Below are positions 1 through 12,196 of a stretch of DNA of 64,000 nucleotides, piece after piece. The stretch comes from Hydrolagus affinis. Taxonomy: Eukaryota. Under the pieces are notes generated by a model. The model saw only the letters and a program-made list of their open reading frames with translations, was not told the DNA's origin and ran no database searches. Where the stretch lies: contig JAAILG010000021.1 in NCBI GenBank assembly GCA_012026655.1, forward strand, positions 62,001-126,000, given 5' to 3'. The position numbers were made by a program, and so were the translations under genes. The stretch's first letter is position 1, and every line of letters begins with the position of its first letter.

Positions 1-384
1 CCTTGGCTCCAATCCCAATGTTCATTTTCCAGCAAGAAATGCCAGTATTACGGCAGCTTTGATCATTTTAGTGCTTTTACAACTCTACTAAATGAAAGAG
101 GGGAATTAAAAACCTAACAATCGCTTGATACACAAATAAGAGGGACACCTAGCCTCAGCGTAGTTGGCCAGGCCCACTGCATTATTGGCTGCGTTATAAG
201 CGAGTTGTAAAAACATGGCTAATCTCTTAATTGTCTGGTTGCTAATGGCATCACTTCCAGAGCATTATGTGCATGTATGTGATGCATGGGAAGCACCGTC
301 AATGTCACTTCATTCATCCTTTGTGAAGTTATGTCAGAGCCATTTGTTGCCCAGCATGCAAAAAATTATGTCTCCAGTGACTTC

Positions 385-545
385 AATAATAATTGCATTT
401 GATATTATGTCTTCAAGACGTCTCAAAGCACTTCACAGATTATACTGTAAGTGCAGTGACTGTACATATTGTGGATGCAATGTGGCAGCCAATTGTGCAC
501 AGCAGTGTCCCACAAACAGTCGCAAATTGAGTGACAACATTTTCT
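385..545 (-). mobile_element. Deu-domain SINE, 3' fragment
   Basis: ggcagccaattgtgcacagcagtgtcccacaaacag (reverse complement of Deu core) plus aagcacttcacag tail. Confidence 0.75.
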
Positions 546-1050
546 TTCAAAACGTCAGAGCTGCACAGTGACACAGACAAATACAACAACAAAATTACTC
601 ATTATTGATAGAAGCAGAATACACACTAGACATTAAGTCAGCTGATACTATAATCAAAGGGTGCTCTAATAGGGTGCCCCTGTTCAATTGAAAGGTGTTC
701 TCGAGCACATCATTTCTTAAAAATGAAATATCTGCTTCATGCAAAAGTAGCAAAAAATTCAAATTAATTACTAAAAGGCTTCGATCATGGTTTTTAACAT
801 AATGAAAATATATATAATTGTACACAGAGTTGTGTTGATGTGTTGATTAAAATCCCAAAGTACTGTATAAGGCAGCAGATATTTACAGTTTGTGGTTTTT
901 CTCAAGTTCCTTCCTCAACTGTTTCTGCCTGAAACAATTTGCTTGTAAATTCAGTCACTCTGAACACTTGGGTTTCTCACTGAATTCTCCTGTGCCTGCT
1001 ATGCCACTGTACATAAGCATTTGCTCAACCGTTACTCCAAGCATTCCTAC

Positions 1051-1092
1051 CTGATAAAACTCTCGAAGCCAGTTCTTTTGTAGGTTTTCAGG
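1051..1092 (-). CDS. INPP5A: INPP5A coding exon 2 (inositol polyphosphate-5-phosphatase A), 42 nt, phase 0/0
   Basis: Minus strand reads cctttttgttttgcag|CCTGAAAACCTACAAAAGAACTGGCTTCGAGAGTTTTATCAG|gtagga = PENLQKNWLREFYQ, matching the vertebrate INPP5A N-terminus (…GSLFDD-PENLQKNWLREFYQ-VVH…) from memory; canonical AG/GT sites with a polypyrimidine tract. Confidence 0.95.
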
Positions 1093-1247
1093 CTGCAAAA
1101 CAAAAGGTTGAACAACAGGTAAATAAAATGTTCACAAAAGGCATAAAGTGAGTTTGTGCTTTTTGATACCCTGAAAGCTACTGAAGGAATATTGAATATT
1201 CTGCTAAAACTTTTCAAAAAATAATTCTTGTGAAAAATGATTCTTTA

Positions 1248-1306
1248 ACAACAACAAAATTACATTTGTATAGCGCCTTTCATGTCAGGAGGATGTCCCA
1301 AGGCGC
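1248..1306 (-). mobile_element. L2 LINE 3'-tail-only fragment (~58 nt)
   Basis: (caa)n-ttacatttgtatagcgcctttcatgtcaggaggatgtcccaaggcgc matches the 3' end of the L2 at 35042. Confidence 0.8.
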
Positions 1307-1319
1307 AAAGGGAACCAAA

Positions 1320-1550
1320 TTATAATACTCTTTGCATTTAATACCGTGCCTTTCATGCCAGAAGGACATATTAAAATGCTAAACAGAATTTACTATAAAG
1401 TGTATTTTTGTAGGAACACAGCAGTCAATTTTCACACAGCAGTGTCCCCCAAACATCTATGAAATTAATGAACCATTTTGTTTATGGGATTGTTGGCCAG
1501 GACTCTTTGTGAGAAAACCATGAGATGAGCAGGCAGATGGGATCGTTAAC
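1320..1550 (-). mobile_element. Old Deu-domain SINE fragment
   Basis: cagcagtcaattttcacacagcagtgtcc…ttgttggccaggac…gcaggcagatggga, as in other old copies. Confidence 0.6.
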
Positions 1551-3649
1551 ATCAATTAACTATTTCATTTCAATCAAACTGTTGAAGAAGATCTTGGAAG
1601 AAATACAGAAATGACATATTTTTGTTTGGAAAATAGCTTTCTCCAAAAAAAAGCCATGAAATATTTCCTGTTCTGTAGAATTGCACTATGTTAACTGCAT
1701 CAACAAGTGGTAATAGAAATGAGATTTATTTAGATCATTCTAAACAGCTATTAGATATTAAAAACTGATTGATGTACTTGTCACTATGCTCTGCATGCCT
1801 CGTGAGTAATTAGACTCAACACAAGGAACATCTCCAGTTATTTACCCTTGATCTGTGCGGGTCTGTAAAACTGATTTTCTCCCTGTATCTTTTGAAGCCA
1901 ATGATTCAAACTGTTGTCAGCTGCATCAGAAATGGAGACCAAATTTTATGAAGCTTGGATATTGGCACTTTGATCTATTGCCCCCCTTTAGAACCTGTTA
2001 GGAAACCAATCGTTTCCAAACTCACTAATCTCCTACTAATTCACCAATCTCTTCCCAATGATTAATTGCAACACAGCCATGCAAAGCTCTCAGGTATATC
2101 ACGGATAATTATGTGCTGACTGTTTAATTCAGTGAGTCTTAACTGTGAGTGTCCATGGATTATAGTTTTGTTTTGGATTCTCACAGTCAAACCCAACCTT
2201 GTGTTCACCAAGTACTGCACATGTACATCAGTCACTGCATAGATCGGGAATTTCATTGTTTTTCCCCCTTCTTTAATTGGAGGAGAATTGCAGCACTCAT
2301 CTGATATCCTGACTGAGACCAACTCAACACAGAAATTGACATAGTCATTCTCAATGCATCTGGGGATACACAACTGAACAAAATCAACCCACAAAATTTT
2401 ATTGTACAGTACTGACGGAATGTGCTGAAAAAGGCACTTCTGAGTAGCCAGAGGTACATTCTCTGCACCAGCTAGTATGCTCTGCAATACTAAGTAACAC
2501 GATAGGTCTGTAATTTAGCAGGAGCAAATTTTAAGCTTTCTTATTTTGTTCAGCAAACTCCAAGTTGGAGGTTTGGGTGGGGTGGGGGAGATTAATTTTC
2601 TCCCAGAGAGGGGTTTGTGAGTAGTGTAAGAACAGAAATAGGTTATCTAACTTAACATGCCTTCAATCAAACAAATCTCTGAACAGTGTTGTTACTACCA
2701 TACCTATAATGTGATGAGAAGTGTGGCTATTATTATTTTCCACTGATAAAGATGTCAAAGTACCTACTTTCATATTTGCACTGTGCACACAGGCAAACCT
2801 CAGAACTAATGGGCATGACTGTGAATTGTGGTTGCCAGCCTGATGCTTTTAATAGGATTTGATTCCAGTCAGTGGGATACACAACAAAGTCTGTACTAGC
2901 TGTGTCAATGGGATATGAGATGCACCAATTTTTATGTCAATCACACTCAATCCGTAGTGAGTGGGCAGCTTCCCACCGAAATAACTGCTGCAATTTCAAG
3001 CTTCACCTGCTGGTTACAACAATCTTTCCCTACACACAAAGCCTCAACCATTTGCAGTCTTTTACCCTCATTCACAACATATTTTTAATAAATGTACTCA
3101 ATCGCTCAGGACATAATCAAGTACAATATTGCTCTTTCCTTTAATCTACATATGAACCACCAGTTTTTACACTGAAAAACTCCAGCTTCTCTGTGGGTTC
3201 TGTTTTTGTCGTCAATGGTAACCACAATAATATTAAGCTGGCAGCTATTGTGCCCAAACACATAAAAGGTCATGTTTAGATGACTGCTATAGTAACAACC
3301 CGCATGGTCTGATTAAGCAAAAAAAACATCTGAAGGACCCTCTTCAATCTGTCTATGGGTAACTAAATATTTCTAAATTCTAATTCAGTATACTGTAATT
3401 CATAATGTGCTGTAAGGAACCTAGCAGCTGAGTTTGACCTCATGATGATCTCGCAATCCCAAGTTCATCTTTGCAAAACACTAAACTGATAGCAAACATT
3501 TCTCCTATTCTCTGAACTATAGCTCCAATGAAGTAGGTGAGGAGCGAATTCATTTCTGAAGTTCCTGACTCTACTATGTTGTTCAGGTTTAGGATAAATC
3601 ATAACAATGTTCTAATTTATTCAAGTTCACATAATATTTTATATTGAAT

Positions 3650-4028
3650 GTGGAACATAGGAAGTTCAGGAACGTAGGACCGGAAGAAGGCCATTTGTCC
3701 CATCAAGCCTGTTCTGCCATTCTACAATCATGGCTGTGTACCTCAACTTCAATATTCGCCCTTGCCCCAATTGCCTTGATATATCTTTACCTAACAGACA
3801 TCTGTCCAGCTCAGTCTTGGAAACTTGAATAGATGCAGCATCCACAGCCCTTCGACCTTTTTGATAACTTCATGTAGTTGTTTTTAGTGATATGTTTTAA
3901 GTGATTTATGACACCCAAATCTCTTTGCTCCTCCACAATTCTTAGGTTCTCACCATTTAAAAAATATTCTGTTTTGCTAGTTTTGAATCCATAATGGATG
4001 ACCTCACACTTACCCACATTGAATTCCA
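3650..4028 (-). mobile_element. CR1 LINE 3' fragment, internally deleted
   Basis: ORF MEFNVGKCEVIHYG…EEQRDLGV resembles the CR1 RT C-terminal region; 3' UTR gaaggccatt…ccatcaagcctg. Confidence 0.85.
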
Positions 4029-5056
4029 ATCATTTTTATTGGGAAATATTGCATTTTTAAATGTATTAAGCTGAGAACCAGTGATCCTTCAGTCTGAGGA
4101 ATAATATAACTAGAAAAAAGTTATGGGTTGTGGCTCTGATAAAAATGTAATAATCCCAACATTTGATATAGCATCAGCATCAGAATATCAAGAAAATCAC
4201 AAAGAGTTTCATAAGAGTTTCTGTAAAATGTATTTGATTAAGTATTTGTAGGCATCCGCAGCAAACAATTTGCACACAGGAACATTTGACATATAGCACA
4301 ATGTGAATAACCATAGAATTTTAAAATGATTCAGCCCATGGTGTCTTGTGTTATGTGGAAAAGTAATCCTCCTAATTGCTCTCCTTAACTCTTTTGCTAA
4401 TTATCCTGCCCTGCAGTCACTGACTCATTGACCACACTAAACTTTATCTGGACCAAATTCTGGAGATTTAAAATGCTGTATAAATATATAACGGTGTAAT
4501 TTCACCCAATAATATTGTAAAATATTATTTGTACAAATTAGCTGCTGTCGCAAAATTCACATTTTACTCTTACGCTCAGAATTTGAAAAATATTCAGTCA
4601 TATTTCAACCTTTTATGTAAAGCATGAGAAGTTTCTTAAAATATGAAATAACACATAAGAATTTAATTTAATTTGGTATTTGCCTGCAAAATACAAAGTC
4701 CTAACCACACTTCATTGTATAAAATGAACGGCATCACACCAACTTAAATTAAAGTAATTCAATACAATGATTATTTTAAGGACACGGTATATAAAACAGG
4801 ATTTTTATGAGTGGAAATGATCTTTCAATAGATGTTAAAGTTTTAACTAAATTGAACACCATAGAAAGTTAGCAGAAAGAATGCAACTCAAATCTTTAAC
4901 CTTATCTCTAGCTTCAGACAAGAATTAGCACTGCCTTGTAGTGACTCCCCCGTAGCCAATGCTAGAAGTAGCTACATTTCTGTACATTTTCTCCCCCAGC
5001 CTGCACAATCATCTCAGCACACAGTGAAAATCAAATCTACTACCATCTGATCTGCA

Positions 5057-5112
5057 TGGGACGTCCTGCCAAAATAAAAGGCACTATACAAATGTAATGT
5101 TGTTGTTGTTGT
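5057..5112 (+). mobile_element. L2 3'-tail-only fragment
   Basis: tgggacgtcctgcc…aaaggcactatacaaatgtaatg(ttg)n. Confidence 0.7.
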
Positions 5113-5844
5113 TACTGCTTGCAGTTAATTGCTAGGTTATCACATGAGCTAGCTAACACTGTAAATGAGACAGAATAGAATCACCAGTGGTCTTGGGACA
5201 ATTCAGCGTTGGTTCTATTTGAATCAAACTTTTATGCAACAACAGAGATCCTTGTGCATTACCAAAGAAACTGATGTAGTTGTCTGAATGAGGCTGGCTA
5301 ATTTTCCACTGACATGGGTCTGCATTAAATATGGTTAAGTGAGCTCAATTTTTTGGGTAACTTGGGGAGTTTTTCAAGTGGAAAAATGGCTATTAATTGC
5401 AATAACTAATTTCCAGTGTCATGTGCCACAAAATTGTATGTTCCTGTCACCTGGTTACTGATCAGATAAGTTACAACTGTATATGAGCATCAGCACAACA
5501 GATAAGTCCAGTATCTTCACAGTTAATATAAAATATGTTTTCTTCACACTACACTGAATAGTAAAGTTCCTAGTCCCTACTCTACAATTCTAAAGAATGC
5601 TGGCATGTTTTAAAGGTCGATAACAGAGGCATTTCTGCACTACTTCAACCATTTTATAAAATGTACAACTTTTATTTGCATCAGGAAGCATGGTTAAGGT
5701 TTAACCTTAAAGTCTTTTTCAGATTTGTCATAACTTCACCATTAGAGAATTATCAAGTTTATCATCTAGTAGTTTTCAGATTATATTTTTTTTACACTGC
5801 ATTTCGGGAGAGGCTAAGCAATCATCGTTTTTGATCTTATACCC

Positions 5845-6168
5845 CTCCCCAGTAGCTCAGTGGTAGAGCACTCGCCTTACAAATGTGAGACTTGTGGTCA
5901 AATCCATGCAGATCAGGGCGAAACCTTGAGCAAGTTTCCTTACCCCACGCGACTAATAATAATCCATCCCCCCAAAAAATACATATTAATAAAATTTGGT
6001 CATTTCAATCCACGACTGTTTGTGGGACACTGCTGTGCGCAATTGGCTGCCACATTTCGCCCACAAATATACAGTCAATTCACTTTACAGTATATTCTGT
6101 GAAGCGCTTTGGGACATCGATAAGACGTGAAAATGCGCTATATCAAATGCAAGGATTATTATTATTAT
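5845..6168 (+). mobile_element. tRNA-headed Deu-domain SINE, young family (resembles chimaera SINE2-1-type), near full length
   Basis: Box A agtagctcagtggtagagc; Deu core tgtgggacactgctgtgcgcaattggctgcc; L2-type tail tgtgaagcgctttg…gcgctatatcaaatgcaagg; (ATT)n. Confidence 0.92.
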
Positions 6169-7291
6169 ATTAACCGAATTTGTTTGGTACTCCAGCAAGG
6201 AAATCAGCTTACTGAAACTGTAGTTCACTGTGAATAATACAGTGCTATATATGTTGCAAGTCCTTTATAAAATGGATTGGTACTTTTGGAAACTGCTGGA
6301 AACGTTCCTTTGGTGAATTGAAAACGGAAACTGATTCCGCAGTAATTGAAGGGTCAATGAAACCCGTAATGGAAGAGAAAGTATTGGTGCTTGAAGTATT
6401 GAAAGAATTCTCCCTGTGGTTCAATGTAGATTAAAACATTGCTTCCATATACATTATGTCAGTCAAACTTGTGGTCAAAGCATAAATAGAAACTCTATCT
6501 ACATCCACTATTCTCAGTCCCTATCCTCTATACTTCCTGCACTGCTGTCCAGAATGTAATTTACCAATTGTAATTAATACATCCTTCTAATTGACAAGGT
6601 TCTATAAATACATACTCAATTTTTAGTTTGACCGTTCTCTCCATTATTAAAGAGGGTCACTAACCATTGCAAGATTTCCCATTACCACTCACCAAACCTT
6701 TCATTTCAACCAAAACGTTTAATTATTTTTTCATGGGGAGACAGATTCCTACCACTTGAAATATTTGTTTCATTCCCTGTTATTTTAATTTCTGCATTGT
6801 CTGTCATGCTGTGCGCTGAGCTGGCTATCAACCAGATACAGTGAGTAGCTCCACCACACCGACACCGCAAGAGAGCTCCACAAGAGAGCTCTGCAGTTGC
6901 TGCTTCAAAATTGCCTCTTAAATTGCTGTTCTTGGTTACAAATCAGCTGGGAAGAGAGTAAATTAAAGACTCCCACATGGGTTGTGCTATTTTTAATATT
7001 ATCTAGTCCTCTACAGATAACTCAAACTTCCAATTATATTTGGTAGATGGCTGACCTTAGCATTCAGCCGCAGAAAAATTAACAGACACTTAAGTCCACA
7101 GATGTAATATAGTTGTGGCAGCTCTTCATAAACATTTGTAATGTTGCAGAGAACAGGACATCCATCCATCAACTTGGTGGATGACTAATTGGTAATAGAA
7201 AACCTGAAAGCTGTTCAATCACCAAACAGGGGGAGGGGGTAGGGCAATTTCAGATCTCAATTTACAAGTTTTGTTTTCTGATTCTTGAAGG

Positions 7292-7470
7292 TAATGATCC
7301 CGCAAGAAAAAAATACAATAATGAATTGGTCACTTCAATCCACAACGGTTTGTGGGACACTGCTGTGCGCAATTGTCTGCCGCATTTTCGCTTACAGTCA
7401 ATTCACTCTACAGTATATTCTGTGAAGCACTTGGAGACGTCTGGAAGACATGAAAGGCGCTATTATTATT
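7292..7470 (+). mobile_element. Young Deu-SINE, 5'-truncated
   Basis: Deu core, tail and (ATT)n. Confidence 0.85.
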
Positions 7471-7474
7471 AATT

Positions 7475-7715
7475 CACCACCCTACTTCTGTAATCTCCTG
7501 CAGTCCCACATTCCTGCCCACTCCCTCTGCTCTGCAACTCGATCTGCTCCATATTCTCTTCCTCAACATTAACAGACGATGCCCCCGCGCTCTGGAACTC
7601 CATCCATCTCATGCCTTCCTACTATCCTCCTATGGCCCACCTTATTTGGGTTTCCACACTCCCTTCGTAAAGCATTTTATGGTGTTATGCTAAGTGAAAA
7701 GTGCTATGTAAGTGC
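7475..7715 (+). mobile_element. Old L2 LINE 3' fragment
   Basis: ccctacttctgtaatctcctgcagtcc…ctctggaactc…gtaaagcatttt…gtgctatgtaagtgca resembles a degenerate L2 ORF2 end and 3' tail. Confidence 0.55.
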
Positions 7716-8395
7716 ATTCCTCTTTAATTCCCCTGCCGCTCAAGATACACACCAAAATTATTGTGGATTTCTAATAGTCAAGTTGAGTGGCCAACATCAA
7801 CCATACATCTGAATTGAAGGATTTGTAATAGATTGTAGTTAGCTATTTACAACTAAATAACGTTCCTCCTGCAACCACCTCATTCACACAAATGAACTTT
7901 TAAAGATTATGATGTGCTGATAAGCTCAGTATCAAGTTCACAATGGAAAAAATTGTACTCTGCTTTGTCCTCACATTTCAAAGAACACCAAACATCCGAT
8001 GGAAAGGCCAAGTTTGAAGACTTCAAGTAAGTTTCGAATGACAGGCCTGATTTAGGGCCTGATTGGAATAAGGAAGAACTTTTTAAAACAAATCACTTTG
8101 TCTTGGAATATCTCAAAATGTATCAGAAGTAACTACTGCCAATTTCAGCAACAGGTCTTGCAGATACACATGGATAGCAGCCATTCGCATCATCGAGGTC
8201 CTACAAATACATATGAGGTAAATGACCGATGAATACCGGTATGCGGACCAAATAAGACAGCAGTGTCTTAATCTGCTTAGTTCACTGTGAAAAGTTTAAC
8301 ATTATTTGTGCAGTACTACTCTCTAAGCAGACAAAGAAAATAAATTTATATCTAATATCCATGTCATTTCAAATTCGATGAGAAGCCAGTTGGCT

Positions 8396-8685
8396 CAATC
8401 AATCAAATCTTACATTTATACAGCACCTTTCATGTCGAGAGGACGGCCCAAGGCGCTGTACAGTTAGGTAGGGACAAGAGCGGGGGGATAGGAGGGGTTG
8501 GGGCAGGATGAAGAAGAGTAGGAAAATTGACTGAATATTTGTGGGTGAAACGTGGCAGCCAAATTGCGCACAGCAGTGCCCACAAACAGTCATAGAAGTA
8601 CGATTAAGTGAAAAGGGGGAAAAGATGGAAAGGGGAGGGGTAGGGAGGTAGGGGGAAGGAGAGCAGGAAAGCCGACTGTACTGTA
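8396..8685 (-). mobile_element. L2-type 3' UTR/tail containing an embedded Deu domain
   Basis: Minus strand order: pyrimidine tract, Deu core (8525-8594), pyrimidine tract, tgtacagcgccttgggccgtcctctcgacatgaaaggtgct, (GATT)n. Confidence 0.75.
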
Positions 8686-9151
8686 TACTTGTAGGCAAAA
8701 TATGTAATAGGAGTATTGGATCCTATGTTCTTACGTGTTAAACTTCCTCAGGATAAGTAGACCCATTCACATACTTCATATACCCTATATACGTACAAAC
8801 CATTACTAACCCCATTGCCAATTCCTTTCTAAGCAGGCTACACAAGCTCAATCTGCAAAGAAACCCAAACCAAAGGATAGACGACCCCCCAAAGTCTACG
8901 TGGGACAGAGAGCAGATATCAATTATGCTCCAGAAAAGTTAATGCATTTTGCAAGGCACAGATGAAAGATTTCAGAGCAGATGAGAGTGCTCTCCAATGT
9001 TTGTATTTATTAACTGGGACAAATAGCAACCCAACCAATCCTATAATAAAGAATTGTACAATAAACATCCTATAATAAACTTTCTATAATAGAGAATATT
9101 TTGTTATAAAGACCATCAATATTATTACAAGCTGCAGTACAATACTTATGT

Positions 9152-9484
9152 GAAGTCCTGTAGCTCAGTGTTACAGCACACGCCTTACAAGCGAGAGACC
9201 TGGGTTTGATTCCCAGAGGGCGAAACCTTGGGCAACTTTCCCCACTCTACATGCCTGATAATAATCCCTCAAGAAAAGAACAATAATAAATTGGTCATTT
9301 CAATCCACGACTGTTTTGTGGGTCACTGCTGTGTACAATTGGCTGTCGTGTTTCGCCCACAATATTCTGTTTCGCCCAACAGAATATACTGTCGTGTTTC
9401 ACTTTACAGTATATTCTGTGAAACGCTTTGAGACGTTTAGAAGATGTGAAAAGCGCTATATCAAATGCAAGGATTAGTATTAAT
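9152..9484 (+). mobile_element. Young Deu-SINE, full length, with internal templated insertion
   Basis: tRNA head gtcctgtagctcagtg…gggtttgattccc; Deu core; L2-type tail. Confidence 0.92.
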
Positions 9485-10814
9485 CAGGGTGACCAAAAAT
9501 TCATGATACCATTACAATATCTAATAAGTCTGAAAGAAATTATGATATTTTGGTTTGTTTTTGAATAATGGGGTAGATATCATGACATATTTACAGAATT
9601 CCCCAAATTCTGATAAGCAATATTACTTGCTGGGAATTTTATTTCCAAAATGATTCTTTTGTTTGAAACAGTATTTTGTAACAATTGGGCAGTGGAAGAC
9701 AAGAGTGGTTTGGAAGAAAACGCCCTGTGACCCATTTGATTTCCTCCTTCCAACTGTATCATCCTCCCATTTCAGCATCAATCATTTTTTAAAAATTATG
9801 CTAATATAAAATTGCAATAAATGACTTTGCAGGAAGGCTGTGTAAATATTAGGAGGCAAGAATTTGATAGTAATGCCAAAGAAAACATCGTAAGTATTTT
9901 AAAGCTGTTATTCAAAATTAGACAAATAGTAAGTTCAACGCAGCTCTGATCCTTGCTACTGCGCATTGTTAATATTATTTGGGCAATTTCTTCACATAAC
10001 GGCAAATATAAGTTCTTCTTAATGTTAAAGTTATTATTACAAATGTAAAATGCTTCATTTTACTTTCAAAATGTCTACTCCCATATCACTACTTCAAATC
10101 GATCTTCTAAACTCATATCTCACAGGATTCATTCTGTTTGTGTATGTTCTTATCATTTAGATCAGTTGTGTCATCCCACATACAAGATTCCTTATTGCCA
10201 CAACTACCTTGATGTCTCTCTGCTCTCGGTGGCTTTGCTCTTCCAAGTGGCTTCTTATTTCACAACCTGCCAAATACTAAGCCAAACTGAAACTCAACTG
10301 TCACTATGTCTCACCTTACTCTTCTTATTTCCGAGAGCTGAAACTTCACATGGAATTGTGGCAAATGAAGAATAGCGTGTCACATGGCACGTAGCAACTT
10401 GTACCAAATGCAGATTGAAACATTAGATGACGGAAAAATAAATAGGAGACTTGTAAAGAGAAAAGCCAACATTCCATTCTATTAGCTGTTAAGTAAAATG
10501 AGCTGCACTGCCCAAGGCATTTTTTGTGACTCAACTATTTGTACCAACATCCAACAGTGTGCTCCAGAGGCAAGACCCCCTTCCAATCGCCTGGAGACAA
10601 CCAATGTTTCACATTGAAAATATTTCTAGAACACAATAATGCAGTCCAGGAAGTTTATGCCCAAATGACTTTAAACTGTCTCAGACCATAGTTACACTTA
10701 CTGGCAGTAAATGTTGAACTTTAATAAATAGGACCTTGGGCACAGCCAGCCAACCGCTCACTATACAGAACCCAGTCATGTTAACAAAATACTGTAGTTA
10801 GAAATAAATCAAAT

Positions 10815-11210
10815 AGTGAAGTCAGAAGAGACTTTTTTACCAAGAGAGTGATAGGAACTTAGAACTTGCTACCAGAGAGAGTAGTTGAGGCAAACAGAAT
10901 AAATGCATTCAAGGGGAAGCGAGATAAGCACATGAGGGAGAAATAAAGAGTATATTATACTGATAGGCTTAGTTGAGGAAGGGCAGGAGGAGGCTCACGT
11001 GGATCATAAATCCTGGCGTAGACTACCACCAGCAACAACAACTTTGATTTATATAGCGCCCTCCAGGCCGGACTGCGTCTCAGAGCGCTTCACAGTAACA
11101 GATCCCAGGACCAAACCAGGGGCAGGGATAGAAAGGTGACCAAAGGCGCGACCAGTTGGGCCGAATGGCCTGTTTCTATGCTGTATATTCCTAGTACAGT
11201 AGTTCTATGT
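10815..11210 (+). mobile_element. CR1 LINE 3' end, interrupted by an L2-type fragment
   Basis: ttttttaccaagagagtg…gtagttgaggca…ttcaaggggaagc (ORF2 end) and 3' UTR gttgggccgaatggcctgtttctatgctgta. Confidence 0.85.
11033..11150 (-). mobile_element. Second L2 family 3' fragment nested in CR1, possible TSD ACCAG
   Basis: (caa)n-ctttgatttatatagcgccctccaggccggactgcgtctcagagcgcttcac; related copies at 24330 and 52293; accag at 11028 and 11151. Confidence 0.8.
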
Positions 11211-11304
11211 AAATCGGTTCTCGGATAATGTTCTATACCAGAGAAGACACAGAATGTAATAAAAAGGCCATTTATATGTGAATCTGACTGAAAATGTCAA
11301 TTTG

Positions 11305-11660
11305 TCTCAGTTGGTAACAGGCTCACTCTGGGTGAAAAGGCTGTTGGTTCAAGCTCCATATCAGGCCTTGAGCTCAGTCAAAATGACACTACAATACAAT
11401 ATTGTTGTGCACTATATTGTTGGAGTGATTCACAAGTTGTATTTTCCTGTTCAGGTGAGCAATAAAGAGAATTTATTGCTCACCTGAATGGCACTACAGT
11501 ATTTGAAAATAAGTAATTTTTTCCACAGTGTCCTGATCAACAATCTTCCAGATAAAAAAGACTGCTGAGATTTGCTCACAAAAAACAGTCCCTGTGTATA
11601 ATTCCTGTGTAATTATGTGCCATACTTTGAGGGGTTTCAATCAAATAAGTGAAATAAAAA
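11305..11660 (+). mobile_element. Old tRNA/Deu SINE (SacSINE1-like)
   Basis: ctcagttggtaac…ttggttcaagc…cctgttcaggtg…atggcactac…tgtcctgatcaac. Confidence 0.6.
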
Positions 11661-11941
11661 TGCAACTTCTTCCTTTTTTCATTTATACCCAGTACTGAGA
11701 TATGCCTGATGTGTGAAGTGGATTTTAAAACAATAAACCCGCTTTAATTTTCCAGCAAATTAAAATCTGTGTGCACAAGCATGCTGAAGAGTATAAAACT
11801 ACTATAAAACTACCCACATAGATTATCACTGTGAGTTAGCAAACACTGCGATGCATTTGTCAATAAAAAAATAAGGAAAACAAACATATAGCAGTGAAGA
11901 TCTTTTCATTTGAATCTATAAAGTTGAACCTAAATGCCTAA

Positions 11942-12196
11942 GACAAAACGCAAAGTACAGTACTGCAGATGCTGGAAGTCTGAAACAAAAACAGAAATCG
12001 CTGGGAACACTCAGCAGGTCAGGCAGCATCTATGGAGAAAGGAAAGTGAGTCAACATTTCAGGTCCACGGCCCTTCATCAGAAACGCAAAGTTTTGATGA
12101 AAGGTCATGGACACAAAACGTTGACTCACCTTCCTTTCTCCATAGATGCTGCCTGACCTGTTGAGTGTTCCCAGCGATTTCTGTTTTTGTTTCGAT
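11942..12196. mobile_element. Penelope-like-element-derived palindromic insertion with hammerhead-like cores; 8-bp flanking direct repeat ATGCCTAA
   Basis: Arms 11982-12083 and 12092-12193 are near-perfect reverse complements; ctgcagatgctggaa…ctcagcaggtcaggcagcatc is the abundant chondrichthyan PLE terminal sequence (recalled); atgcctaa at 11934 and 12197. Confidence 0.8.
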
